A stretch of DNA of 64,000 nucleotides, taken from Octopus sinensis. Lineage: Eukaryota. The notes below the pieces were generated by a model that was not told where the DNA came from, searched no databases, and saw only the letters and a list, made by a program, of their open reading frames with translations. The stretch lies in contig NC_043013.1 of NCBI RefSeq assembly GCF_006345805.1, positions 26,536,001-26,600,000 of the forward strand, given 5' to 3'. Every line of letters starts with the position of its first letter. Within the stretch, counting starts at the first letter, position 1. Of this stretch, positions 13,611-26,785 are shown piece by piece. A program made the position numbers and the translations under genes.

Positions 13611-14899
13611 GAAAATATGATTCATTGGATATAATATGGCACAGTAACTCCAATAGCTGGGTTGATATTTTTTCAACTCAATTTTTGTAACATTAAAAGA
13701 ACAGTGATCTCATGAGCAACACACCTTTATCTGATGAAATGTTTTTGTGACTTTTGTATATTCATATACTTACTGTATTGAATATTTCAAGTTGCTGTGG
13801 GTTGATGGTGTCTCCTCCTCTCTTTATGCAGCCTTTGGTGTTTGCTTTCAAAGTGCTCTATTCTAGCATCACGCAGACTTCCATGCCTTCCAACTGATTG
13901 GGGGTTGGGGGACACCATGTAACTGAGAGACCACACTTGAGATGATCAGGATTAGAAAAACGAAAAATTCTGATGCAGTATTTATAGATTTGATGTTTAT
14001 CCTCAGGTTAACAATCATGAGAGTTTTCTCACTATCAAAGACACTCCAACTGTGACCATCCCATTTTTTATTCAAATGCAGTGTAAGCAAGAATACATTA
14101 CTGTTTTCTTTCTATAACTTGGCTGTGAATAGAAAGAAGTTTAACTACTATTTATACCAACATAAAATAACGCATTGAATAATATACAATATGGAACTAT
14201 TTACAACTTTTTCACAGCTAACAAACAACAATTGCTACAACATTCTATAAGTATTGTTGGATTTTAGAATTTTTTTAAATGGCTATGACTAATATCTTTC
14301 TATTTTTGTATATAGCTATTTTTATGTGCTTTGTGTTTCTGCTTTGCTTATTCCAATGGCAAGTCACACTACACTCCTGTCTTACATTGTTGCTCTATCT
14401 GCAAGATATTTGTCATGGCTGACGACAGTGCAGTCTGATTGGCACCCATGCCAGTGGAACGTTAAAAGCACTATTTGAGCGTAATCGTTGCCAGGGCCAC
14501 TGACTGGTTCCTGTGCTGGTGGCATGTAGAAAGTACCGTTTCAGTGTGGTCAATGCCAGTACCGCCTGACTGGCCCTCGTGCCACGAAAGGGCATCAAGC
14601 TATAGAAACTTTGCCAGATCAGATTGGAGCCTGGTGCAGCCTTCTGGCTTGCTAGTCCTCAGTCAAACCATCCAACCCATGCCAGCATGGAAAGCGGATG
14701 TTAAACGACAATGATGATGATTCCCAGACTTTTTTGAACTGCTGTTCCCTTGGCACCCATGTCATGCTCCCAGTGTCCCCCACCTCACTGCACTCAACAC
14801 CACAAACAAAGACCTTTCTACTGAAAATTCAAAACAACTGAACTTCACAATTAAAACTTAACCTAATCAAACCATTATTTTATTATTTTTGCAATATAA

Positions 14900-15850
14900 A
14901 AGACTAAATTTACATCCCACCTGACATGATTTTTTTAAAACTTTGATCTCAGCTCAATGTCATTTTAAAGTTGTTCCCCCACTATTCTTAGTTCCTTACT
15001 ACTGATATCTGGGAATCACCCAGACTGGTATTTTATCAAAAATATCCTGAAATTTATTAGACATGTCTGTACAACTCATCCAGGTGTGAACAATACATTT
15101 GAATGTCATCTTCTGGTATGTGCTCTTACTCCTCTAATTCAGAGAAGCTCAGAAACTGGAAGAACTAACGATCGCTTCTGTTAAATTCAAAAAGCTGTAA
15201 TTTGGACAGAAACACGTAGAAGGCTAGTTTTACTTCAATAAGGTTTAACCTCATTTCATTGCAGTTGCAAATTAACTGCAGTGAACTTTGTGAATATATC
15301 TGCTGTATAATTAATGTTTCATGACTCATCTCAAAGAACAGGATAAGAGTCTTGCAAGAATTCAACAATTTTTTTTTCCTGTAAATGGAATAGACACTTT
15401 CAAGTAGTTTCCCTTTGACAGCCATGAAACTTCTGTGTGCGACAACAAACGCACATAATCATCATCATTCCCAATACAGAGTTGTAAGAACAGTGAGGAA
15501 TTGTGAGCATGTGGGTTGATTTTATTTACTGCTATGATAACGGTGCTCATTGATCTGTTAAGTCTACCTCTTAGGTTATTTGCAATCAGATGTTGCCTGT
15601 GGATTATAGAGTACACTCTAAATATGTAGGGTATAAATTTTTCAATAAACTGTCGAAGCTGCGATTATAATCTTTCATTGATGGTGTCCCGTATATTGCT
15701 CAAATGCAAAATACTGACTCCTCTTTTGTATCTGCTTCTAGTAGTCTTACAATTAATAGCTCTTGTGTCAAATATTAATCTTTGACGAAGCTAACATAAG
15801 CAAGAAATCTTACTTTCTTTTCTTGACAAAGGGGACTGCTTTAACTGTAA
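14900..15850 (-). pseudogene. Decayed hAT (Buster/Charlie, ZBED5/SCAND3-like) transposase
   Basis: ORF 15362-15616: IIHRQHLIANNL...VNKI...LFLQLC...RLLSHTEVSWLSKGN matches the Buster-type HCxxHRxxL and EVRWLSxG motifs; frameshifts. Confidence 0.85.
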
Positions 15851-16886
15851 GCAAAGTATGGTTGTTCTAGTATGTTGCAAAATGTATCTTCAGTGTTATA
15901 GCATTCCACATTTTTTCACAAAATCCTGAAAAAACAATGAGGAATTCTGACTTATGCACGATGGCTTTTCAAAATTTTTTTCTGTAATAATGCAGATTAT
16001 AGCTATTTCAAAATATGGATTGCTACAAGACAAAAAAGTAGTTAGAAGAAAGTACGAAAAGTAATTTAAAAAAAAAAGGTGGTGGCTTGTGTTCTGAAGG
16101 TATGATGAGGGAATGGGTAGACATTTAAAAAAAGCATGAGTTAGAAAATAGTCCACCACTGAGTATTTTGAAACACAACTAGTAAAAGTAGAAAAATCAC
16201 ATAAAAGAAAAGAGAAATTCCAATTTATGTAAGACAGCTATACTGAAAGTCCTACAGATTTAAATTGAATATCTTTTTTTTTTAATTCATAATGATAAAG
16301 TTTCTAAAAAAATAATTTGAAAAAATTGTGGGAAAAAAATAACAACTGGTGAGTCCCATTTCAAACTTTACATGTACTCCACTAATTCTAAAAAAAAAAA
16401 AACTATAGTAATTTATATTTAAAATAGCTGTTATTTATTTTGATCAATGTATGAATCTGTTGAGTTAGGCTTTTTTTTTCAAATGTACAGTGACAAATTG
16501 ACTAATACTACATTCCTAAAATGTGTTAAAATAATTGTAGTTCTTAATTTTGTCAAAGTATCAACTTATGGAAGATATGAAGAATTTCTTACCTTTACCC
16601 AAACTTTTAGGGCTAAACTCAAGATAATAACTGTGCCAAATACATTGAAGTCAAAATTGTAGTTTAAAAAAATTTGTATAGTAATCAATTTCTCTCTCCC
16701 CATGTATTTATACATGTATGTTGGTTTGTATCACATGTACACAAACGTCTATGTATTTATGGTCTTACCAGATTGTTTCTCCACTTAGCAATTCTCTGAG
16801 GATTTTGTCCTGCAGAATGACCACTGACCTCATCACTGATGCCAAATATACACACAGACACACACATGCATATATATATATATATA

Positions 16887-17040
16887 GTGCATGTGTTTTT
16901 GTTTTTTGGCTAAACTGACAACATGACCATTCCCAGATACAACAACGTATATATATATATATTATATATATATATATATAGTGCATGTGTTTTTGTTTTT
17001 TGGCTAAACTGACAACATGACCATTCCCAGATACAACAAC

Positions 17041-17041
<1 letters not shown>
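16887..17041 (+). repeat. Two identical 61-bp units separated by (TA)n
   Basis: gtgcatgtgtttttg...atacaacaacg at 16887-16947 and 16981-17041. Confidence 0.9.
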
Positions 17042-17088
<47 letters not shown>

Positions 17089-17110
17089 CTTAAATTAAAA
17101 ACCACACAAT

Positions 17111-17260
17111 TCTTGAAATACAACTACCCAGGTTTTGTTTCCTGGTTGAAATAATTTATTCTACCATTTTTCAAGCTGAAAACAAGGCTGCTTGTCAGTT
17201 AGATAACTGGCAGAATAAATTATTTAAGCCAGGAAACCTTGGGGAGCTGTAATTGCAAGA
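17111..17260. repeat. Imperfect inverted repeat, ~55-bp arms
   Basis: gtttcctggttgaaataatttattctacca vs tggcagaataaattatttaagccaggaaac. Confidence 0.7.
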
Positions 17261-17534
17261 CTCGTGGTTTTTTTAATTTAAAATTATCTTTACTCTCTTA
17301 GCTGCTGGAGTGCTTTTCTACTTGTTGAAGCCTTATTGTCACATAATAAATATTCCTCCCTCCCTCCCATAAATAATGCAGTATTTTCAAGTGCATGAAA
17401 AGTTGGAGGGGGACAGAATGAATTACCTGCATCAATTTGCTGTTAAAGCAGATAGTAATTTTACCTTGATTTGGTCTAAGTAAAAGTTTTGAAGAGTGCA
17501 GTTTTAACAGTTATTTTTTCAAAGCTATATTGGA

Positions 17535-17790
17535 AGTGACAAAGGAGCATATTCAACATATTTTACCTTGAGTTCAATAAAGGCAACAACGCAATGGAAA
17601 GTGCAAGGAATATCGATGCAGTAAATAGGGATTTGTCAATAAGTGTAAGACAATGTCAATGGTGGTTCCAGAAATTCCAAGCTGGAAATTACACCCAAGA
17701 AGATGATTACCATCCTCATCCATTGTAACAATGGAGGAACTAACAGAGAAGCTTAGATTTGGTTATTCAAGTCACCACACTAGAAGAAAA
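17535..17790 (+). pseudogene. Mariner transposase 5' fragment
   Basis: KEHIQHI...EFNKGNNAMESARNI...VRQCQWWFQKFQAGN, mariner N-terminal HTH region. Confidence 0.75.
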
Positions 17791-17945
17791 ATAACCATCT
17801 TTGGTTATTCTTCTAGTGTGGTGACTTAAATAACCAAATCTAAGCTTCTCTGCTAGTTCCTCAATTGTTACAATGGATGAGGATGGTAATCATCTTCTTG
17901 GGTGTAGTTTCCGGCTTGGAATTTCTGGAACCACCATTGACATTG
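17651..17945. repeat. Near-perfect 295-bp fold-back with ~4-nt loop
   Basis: caatgtcaatggtggttccagaaattcc... mirrored by ...ggaatttctggaaccaccattgacattg; loop tctt ~17798-17801. Confidence 0.9.
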
Positions 17946-18919
17946 TATATATATACAGACATACACATGTATATATATATATATGCTATATAATTTGGCA
18001 TTGCAATCAGAAATGTCAGTGTTAAGTGATACCTAGAGTAGGTCTCAAAGGAAAACTGGAGACTGCTATCTGGTTGAAGATTTTAAAATAGGAACAAAGG
18101 CATTTTTCTACACACACACTCTAATAGCTTAGGAGTGAAATTTAGGATTTCTCAGTTTTCTGTGAATCAGTTTTGATAAAACTTTTCCCACCTGGTTTAC
18201 ACACTATTTGTATTATCCCTTTAAACAATCCTACTAGTTTCAATGACTGGCTCACCAGGTCAGTTTGTATTAGGCTTGCTGAATCCTATAAATGTTATTA
18301 ATCCCTGAGAGATGAATGGTAACATGTTTTGAACTCGAGATACTAAGGCATATTAAAACATCTATTCCAACTGAGAAAACTAACTCTTGCAATGCATTTA
18401 GTCTACCATTTTTCTCCTGTTTTAGTCACTATTTGAATCTTATGGCATTTTGGGACTTATATATGTACAACATATCTAAAACTGCAGCCCAAGAAACAAA
18501 CCTCCCTCTTCATGCTTGCCCCTATCTCACCCACTTCATTACTAATTAGTGGTTCTCATCATCATTGTTTAACATCTGCTTTCCATGCTGGCATGGGTTG
18601 GATAGTTTAACTGAGGGCTGGCAAGCCAGAAGGCTGCACCAGGCTCCAATCTGATCTGGCAAAGTTTCTACAGCTGGATGCCCTTCCTAACAACAACCAC
18701 TCCAAGAGTGTAGTGGGTGCTTTCTATGTGCCACAAGCACAGGAGCCAGTCATGCAGCACTGGCAATGACCAATGACCACACTCAAATGGTGCTTTTTAC
18801 ATGCACTATTTCAAATCAATTGCTGACCTTCTACAGAACCTATTTACAATCTTATATTGGAGTAGTGTTCACATGTCTGGAGTAGTGCAACAGTACTGCT
18901 GCCGTTCTAAGCAAACCTC

Positions 18920-19270
18920 TACATCATCATCATCATTGTTTAACGTCCATTTTCCATGCTAGCATGGGTTGGATGATCTGACTGAGGTCTGGCGAACCAG
19001 ATGGCTGCACCAGACACCAATCTGATCTGGCAGAGTTTCTACAGCTGGATTCCCTTCCTAACGCCAACCACTCCGAGAGTGTAGAAGGTGCTTTTACGTG
19101 CCACCGGCACGAGGGCCAGTTCAGCGGCACTGGCAACGACCTCGCTCGAATGTTTTTTCACGTGCCACCGGCACGGAGGCCAGCTTGTTGCTCTAGCAAC
19201 GATCACGCTCGTATGGTACTCTTAGCGCTCCACTAGTACGGATGCCAGTCATCGAATTTGATTTTGATCT
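18920..19270 (-). mobile_element. Well-preserved SINE-type copy with (GAT)n tail and CpGs retained
   Basis: Same family as 214-790; adjacent older copy at 18555-18810. Confidence 0.7.
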
Positions 19271-19439
19271 ACAAAAATGTCATTGTCTAATTAACTCATC
19301 AACTTGTACCATCCCTATCCAAGTTCATCTGACGCATCTGTCTCTCCTTCCACTTAGCAATGTTGTTTATAGTGGAGTTGATATAGTGTGTAACATTGCT
19401 TCACCACACAAACTTCACAAGAAATACTTAGCCCAATCC

Positions 19440-20222
19440 TTACTTCTCAAAAAATTTTTTCAAAACTAAGTTAAAACCGAAAAATCACGGAAAAGTCCCT
19501 GTCCCCAAAAAGAGAAAATCTTTTTAGATTCGTAACCTACGTTATTTTAAAACCTGCATATCCGAAGAAAATAGTTTCGGGGCGCACTAGGTGATTCCCG
19601 ACTCTATTTTATAGGAATACCTATTTTATATCTAAAATATAAATAAGTACCTTAACAAAGATATTAGAAAATAAAATAATATTAAAAACAAAAACGAAAC
19701 AAAAATTAAACTGGATATATCGTAGACTTTTTAAAATCCATTTCATACTTACTTCTTACATCACTTGTACTCTCCCGAAATTCTGTTGCAATTTAGAAAA
19801 TAATTCCAGCATAAAAGCGATATAAAGTAATTATGCTTTCAACTGGAACATGAAATCGAGTGGTAACCGTTTTTTTTTTTCTCTCGAGTATTTACCTATT
19901 TACTGGCTCTAATTTTTTTTTTCTAATTGTTAGTGGATAAAATGGGAATAGCACAAAAATATAAGAATCTTCCAATGTTCTGTGACTGTTGATAATACAA
20001 AAAAAAAAAAAGAAAAGATCCTTGATATTTTGCATAAATAAACTGAAAAATCTCAAACAGAAAAAAGTTTTCAATCCAAAGCTTTAGCGGTGAAGGTTCC
20101 GAATTCCTGATTTCCGTAGACTTGATATTTGCAACCATATAGTATAGTAAAATAATGAATGAAACTTAAGTATTTCTAATTGTGTTTATCTGTGGGAAGG
20201 TCGAGTTATTATGACGTACTTT
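19440..20222 (+). promoter_or_regulatory. Putative promoter and non-coding first exon of the TAX1BP1-like gene
   Basis: CpG-retaining unique DNA; + donor tt|gtaagt at 20223. The coding exon has an acceptor AG 2 nt before its ATG, so an upstream exon is needed. Also a minus-strand donor at 19752. Confidence 0.4.
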
Positions 20223-21399
20223 GTAAGTAAGTGGGTATAGCAATACAGTAGGAAAAACAAGTGCGTGGTTGATAATTATGTTGTTTTTTTTTTTTAGCGG
20301 TGAAACAATCCAATTAATGTTTAGTTTCTAATATCTATAAAAATAAACTGCATGAGAGATGATCTATGGAAACTGTAATTCACTTTTTATAAATGTATGA
20401 AAAATACACATTCGTCAACTTTTCTTTTAATGTTTTTTCTGCTTACTACTTTTCTCTATAAATCGGGATTTTATATCATACTATTTTAGCGTTAGAGTCG
20501 TGTTCTATTTGTTACCGCTCCTTTCAATTTCATCAGCAATATTATCGGTTTTTACACCGGAACTGATGTTAAGTTATAAATTGACATTTTGTTAACATAC
20601 ATTCAACATTATAATTTTTAACAGTGGTGAGTGGTAATGTTTTCCTTTCTTTTGGTAATATTTCGTTTTTGGAATCAGGAACATCATTTAAAATGTTTTC
20701 ACCCAACTGATTTATAAAGAGGTGTTCGGCGCAGAACAGGATGTATGTCTATGTGTGTTGTTATTCAGTTTCATTTCTAGATTTCTTGCCAATAAAGAGC
20801 CGGTTTCTAACTTAGATCCAAGGAATTCCAACATCAACAGAAAATTTGTGCATGTCTGTATGCATGCCATATTTGGATTCAGTGCAGGTGCAGATTTTTG
20901 TTTTGGTTTATGGATGCATTTTCCTGCATATAGTTACATGTCTAGACATGCGCATGTGTACTTAAATACTGAACTTTTGGAAAGTTTTACAAATTCTAAC
21001 AGTTCCATTGATGGATTTTGGCTGTTCGGCTCCCTCGAGCAGATAAAAGACACTGTCGGTTTCACCAGCACATGAAAAAGAATTAGATTATAATTTTTTT
21101 TTTCCCCTGTAAATTGCCGAACAACTTTAAATCAACTGAGTGAAAACATTTAAAATGATGTTTCTAATACTTTGGTGGGAGGTGAGTACAATTTTCCGTT
21201 GAAAAAATTTCAGCAATTTGCTATTTATTATGTATTGATATATTTCTGTGTTATATTTTCAAATTTCCAATCTTTCTCTCAATCATGGAAATAAGTAGGG
21301 TATTGGTAACTTAAGGGTACTCGAAAATTGATAGGCTGAAATCGATAAAGTAGGCCTTGACACTTTGAGCCACCTCCTTGAAGAGAAAAGGAGCTGGAC

Positions 21400-21530
21400 C
21401 CTACGACGCCCGCCCATTTCTATTATTCTATCGGTCTCTTTTGCCGAAGCGCTAAGTTACGGGAACGTAAATACACCAACATCGGTTGTCAAGTGATGGT
21501 GGGGGGGACAAACACAGATACACAAATACA

Positions 21531-21580
<50 letters not shown>

Positions 21581-21720
21581 TACACAACGAACTTTTTTTC
21601 AAATCTACTCACAAGTCTTTGATCGGCCCAGTAGAAGACTCTTGCCCAAGGTGCTACGTAGCGAGACTGAATCGGAACCATGTGGTTGGGAAGCAAGCTA
21701 CTTACCACACGGCCACTTTT
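21400..21720 (-). mobile_element. tRNA-derived SINE (OR-like octopus family)
   Basis: Reverse complement of ...aagcttgcttcccaaccacatggttcc...aagagaccgatagaataa; other copies at 28875, 42490, 54715 and 55500. Confidence 0.7.
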
Positions 21721-21914
21721 GCGTCTATTACTTATTTTTATTACTGCTACTAATTCATTATTGGACTGTAACAATATTTAGGTGTTTTTTATGGTTTTAA
21801 TCAATTACATTGAACCAAACACTGTCTAGTATTTTGTTTTTTCGATCTTTGTCGAATCACTAAGTTCGTGAGACGTTCTATAATTTACATACACCAATAT
21901 GAACACACACACAC

Positions 21915-22275
21915 ACATACTCTTTTACTTGTTTCAGTCATTTGACTGCGGCCATACTGGAGCAACGCCTTTAGTCGAGCAAATCGACCCCAGGACTTAT
22001 TCTTTGGAAGCCTAGTACTTATTCTACCAGCTCTTTTGCCGAACCGCTAAGTTATGGGGACGTAAACACACCACCATCGGTTGTCAAGCGATGTTGGGGT
22101 GGACCAACACAGACACGCAAACATATACACAGACATATATATACATATATACGACAGGCTTCTTTCAGTTTCCGTCTACTAAATCCACTCACAAGGCTTT
22201 GGTCGGCTCGAGGCTATAGTAGAAGACACTTGCCCAAGGTGCCACACAGTGGAATGAACCCGGAACCATGTGCAG
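21915..22275 (-). mobile_element. tRNA-derived SINE, near full-length
   Basis: Full body including the tttagtcgagcaaatcgaccccaggacttatt 3' block. Confidence 0.75.
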
Positions 22276-22387
22276 ATGATACAGATCATGCATCGATAAC
22301 CAGCTGGAAAAAACGTTACCTGAGATTAAAAAGTAGTAACATAGTCCTATTCAGGACTACCACGTTGTGTTGGCAAATAAACTTTCT

Positions 22388-22814
<427 letters not shown>

Positions 22815-23559
22815 GAGGAGGGAGTAGATAAATCGACACAGACATGACGGGCTTCCGCAAAATTATCGGATGCTTCAGGTACCCGTCCTGTGATAAACTA
22901 TTGAGTCACGTTCCTGCAAAAGGAACTTCTCGCACACATTCTGATACGTGACAGTTGTCGGTCGGCTTTTTTTTTTTTTTTTTTTTTTTTTTTTTCCTTT
23001 TTCGGTGGTCTTTTATATTATCTTTTCTTTTTTTTTTAATAAGGCTATCAGTTACCTTTTCTGTTGGGCATGGTTTCCTCAGCTGGAGAGTGTGTTTGTG
23101 TGTGATAGAGAGACGGTAAAGTGACGACTACGCACATTGTATAGTTAGACAAATATTTTATATTGTAAACAATTTTTGCCTTGTCGAACTTGCATCTTTC
23201 CACTCACTTTTGCCTCTTTTATTCATTCTTTCCTTTCATGTCACAGCGTGTTGCCCACATTACTCTTATTTTCTTTTTTATCTCCCACTCCCGTCCACTC
23301 ATATCTCATCTCATCCACACCTTCCTCAAACACACACACACACACCTACACTACTATACTTCTGCACTTGCTGACTTATAAACACTTACCAAAAATGTCG
23401 CACATACCACTCCCTCTCGTATATATTTGTCTCTAAAAACGGATTCACTCTGATACTTGTAAATATGTATCCATCTCTCCTCTCTTCCCATTCCCACCTT
23501 GTCCGTTTTCCCCCGCTCTCACTGAATTTGCCTCTTCCCCAGTCCCTATGCTTTTCTGT

Positions 23560-23600
23560 TTCTCCTGATGAAGGATTAACATCGGAAACATTAAGATTTT
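23560..23600 (+). ncRNA. Degenerate minimal hammerhead-like motif in a Penelope-like terminal remnant
   Basis: CTGATGA(23565-71)-AGGATTAACATCG-GAAA(23585-88)-CATT; stem II and helix I mismatched. Confidence 0.35.
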
Positions 23601-23887
23601 TCTCTCTTCCTTTTCAGCATTGAATTAATACAGTATTTGATAAATCTTGTCCCTCCTGTGTTGCTTGTTTTATTGTTTATTGCATTTACAATATATCATC
23701 ACCATTATCATCATCATTTGACGATCGTTTTCCATGATGGCATGGGTTGGATGGTTTGACAGGAGCTAACGAGTCTGAAGTCTGCACCAGGCTTCATTGT
23801 CTGTTGTAACATGGGTTCTATGGTTCGATGCCCAACTGAGTGCCTTTTACATGGCACCAGCACTGGCGAGGTATGATTTGGTATGGT

Positions 23888-24120
23888 ATGCTAAGGCGGC
23901 GAGCTGGCAGAAATGTTAGCACGCCAGGTGAAATGCGTAACCGTATTTTGTCTGCCGTTACGTTCTGAGTTCAAATTCCGCCGAGGTCGACTTTGCTTTT
24001 CATCCTTTCGGGGTCGATAAATTAAGTACCAGTTACGCACTGGGATCGATGTAATTGACTTAATCCGTTTGTCCTTGTTTGTCCTCTCTGTGTTTAGCCC
24101 CTTGTGGGTAGTAAAGAAAT
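23888..24120 (+). mobile_element. Young tRNA-derived SINE nested in another SINE, 19-bp flanking duplication
   Basis: A-box-like tggcagaa and B-box-like gttcaaattcc; aggtatgatttggtatggt at 23869-23887 and 24121-24139. Confidence 0.8.
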
Positions 24121-24544
24121 AGGTATGATTTGGTATGGTTTTTACAGCTGGAAGCTCCAAGTAATTTGCAAGACAAAGATCCTTTGAAAGGGGCATGGGG
24201 TACTGGGGTAGTTGGCCTTGTGCCAGGTGATGATGGGACGGATTGAAACAGGTGCTATGTCTGTCTGACATTATTCAGTTTTATTTTAAGATATCTTGCC
24301 AACAGAGAAAGAGCTTGTTTCTAACCTAGATCCAAGGGCCCCCTCATTGGAATTTCAGCATCAACAACAGGGTATTTTTGTTTCTATGCATATATGTATA
24401 TGTGCAGATTTCTATGTTTTGTTTTATGTCTGTAGTTACATGCATATAGTTTCATATCTAGACACGATCATATATACTCAAATGATAAAACTTTTGGAAA
24501 GTTTTACAGATTTTTACATTTCCAGTGATGGCTTGGATCTGAGG

Positions 24545-25075
24545 TCTTTGAATCAGCATTCTCCTTTCTGATTTTGAGAAGCCTAACTTATCAAGATTGG
24601 TATTTAAGCAGTGTGTTACATATCCCAGGGCCCCAGTAATTACAAGTATAAACCTGAGCATATAATCTGGATAGAGTAACCACAGATTTCTCAGTAGTTC
24701 AACGTAGGTATTCTCTGTCTCACTGATCTTTAGCTTTATATTAACATCTGCTGGGCACCTGATTTCCACAACTGTGCAATTTCTTTTCTTTATCCCAAAT
24801 CATTATAACAGGTCTATTGTGTTTACACATTGATCTTTTCACCTGGACATTCCACCAGTGCTCCTTTTTTATTGTGTGACTACGGCTCTCACCTACTGTG
24901 GGTTCTTATTTCTTTATCTTTGGGGTTATCACTTCGACGGATCTCATTATACAGTGACCTAGCTACAGCATCATGTCTCAGTAGATAATATTCTGATGAC
25001 ATTTTTGGGCAACTGCTTATGACATGAGTGATATCTTCAGTGTTACCTCTACAAAGTCTGCTTTGTTTGTTTGTT
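24545..25075 (-). pseudogene. C-terminal CCHC knuckle plus restriction-like endonuclease of an R4/Dong-type non-LTR element
   Basis: Minus frames: CRLCRGNTEDITHVISSCPKMSSEYYLLRHDAVA; HNRPVIMIWDKEKK; EIRCPADVNI...LLRNLWLLYPDY...ITGALG. Confidence 0.8.
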
Positions 25076-25131
25076 TTTTAGTTTGTACATAAGAATGAAT
25101 GAATGAATGAGACCAGCTGGTTGAGTTAAAG

Positions 25132-25528
25132 TAACAGAATCACATGGTTGCAGCCTTGGTAATGATCTTTTTTCTACCTTTAATAAACTGAAGCAACTGG
25201 ACTTTCTATTCAGAAAGTGAATCAGTTACAATACTAAATGAATACACATTATTTTGTTTATCAACTTTGAAAGAATGAAAGGCAAAATTGACATCAGAGT
25301 ATTTTGAACTGTGTGTGCAGATAGCCAGAACAATTAATTACTTTACACTGATTGCTCTGGCTCAGGCAGTAATTGTTCTGGTTATCTGCACACACAGTTC
25401 AAAATACTCCAATGCGAACAAAATAAATATGTATTGATTCACTTTCTGAATTGAATGTCCAGTTGCTTCAGTTTATTAAAGGTAGAAATAAAGATCATTA
25501 CCAGTGCTGCAACCATTTGATTCTGTTA
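25132..25528. repeat. Long imperfect inverted repeat with an arm-specific indel
   Basis: taacagaatcacatggttgcagc...agccagaacaatta mirrored by taattgttctggtt...gctgcaaccatttgattctgtta. Confidence 0.8.
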
Positions 25529-26304
25529 TTGGTACCTTGGACATGTGTCTTCTACTATAGTCTCAAGCCCTGTGAATGAATTCGATTGACAGAAACTGTG
25601 AAAGCCTGTGATGTGTGTGTGATTATTTTCCCACCATCTGATAACTGGGGTCGGTTTCTGTGACTAAACCCTTCAAGGTAGTGCCCCAGCGTTGACCACA
25701 GACCAATGATTAAAGCAAGTAAAAGTTAAAAGATAGTCTTTAAATGATATGTTACTCACACACACAAACAAAAGCAAATCTATTTGTAAACACATGAACA
25801 TTAAAAAGTGGAAAGTATCTCTAAACACTCTCTCCCTTTTTTAATTTTTTGGCAATGTGAATCTGTAGTGTTGAAAACAAAAATCCAAGGACTTTTTTTT
25901 TTATAGCATAGTTACAAAAAAATTGGGTTGGGCAATTGTTTACTTATTTATACTTTGATAATTTGGTTTGTAATTAAGACATGTTATTCTTGTTACTGAA
26001 TTTTTGTGTTGTTGAATTAAGTTCAAATTTTCCAATTTAGTCCTATGTTTATTTAATGCTACACTGTGAATCATTAGTACTGTTGTTACATTTAATGATT
26101 CCTTTTGAGTCTCTGGGTAGGCTATGAATGTAGCATCAAACTCATCAGAATTTGTTGATGTTTATTTTCATGAAGTTCTAAGATGGAATATAAATTGAGG
26201 CTATCTTCCTGTTTACTATGTCATGTTTATTTTTAGAAAAGAACTTTTCTTTTGACCTTTGGACTTCCTACCTGTAATCATTACCTGTATGTAATTCTGT
26301 AGTT

Positions 26305-26785
26305 GTGTGAGTGTCTGTCCCCTTCGATTTAGATTCCTAACTACTCCCACATTTTGCGGTGCAGTTTAACCAAATTCAGGTATCTTATAGTCGTGATTCA
26401 TATCGAGCCCTTCTGGGTATTAGCATGAGTCTACAATTTTAAAAATAATTTAACATCATTTTTTATTCCATTTTAATGCATATTTTTTCATGTGTCAATG
26501 GCGGCGGAGTTGGCGTCCACGCTCACACCTGCACCTGTTTGCTTCTCCCCCTTCTTCCCTCCCTCGTGAAGCTGTGGGGAAGGGAGTTTAAGGAAATCAA
26601 CGTCGTAATGCGTTGTCAAGGAGACCAGCGTTCTTTTAGAACAACGACTTCATGGCTTGAAGTCGCCAAAACAGAAATCGCTAAAAAAGCTGAAACAGAT
26701 CCACAAAAATGGCAATTACCGCCACACAGAGCAGGTTTCCTGTGCAAACAATTTGCACAACCGAATGTTTTAGTTGTTGCACAAA
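26305..26785 (+). mobile_element. Partial Helitron-family copy with GC-rich internal segment
   Basis: 26325-26490 duplicates the 5' part of 26786-27264. Confidence 0.55.

Noticed and set aside
20760-20830. Minus-strand GAAACCGG with upstream stem (related copy at ~24310)
   Set aside because: No CUGANGA core (the 24.3 kb copy has CCAAUGA); not counted as a hammerhead
23895-23990. tRNA-like A/B boxes (many copies)
   Set aside because: SINE heads with shared 3' bodies, not tRNA genes
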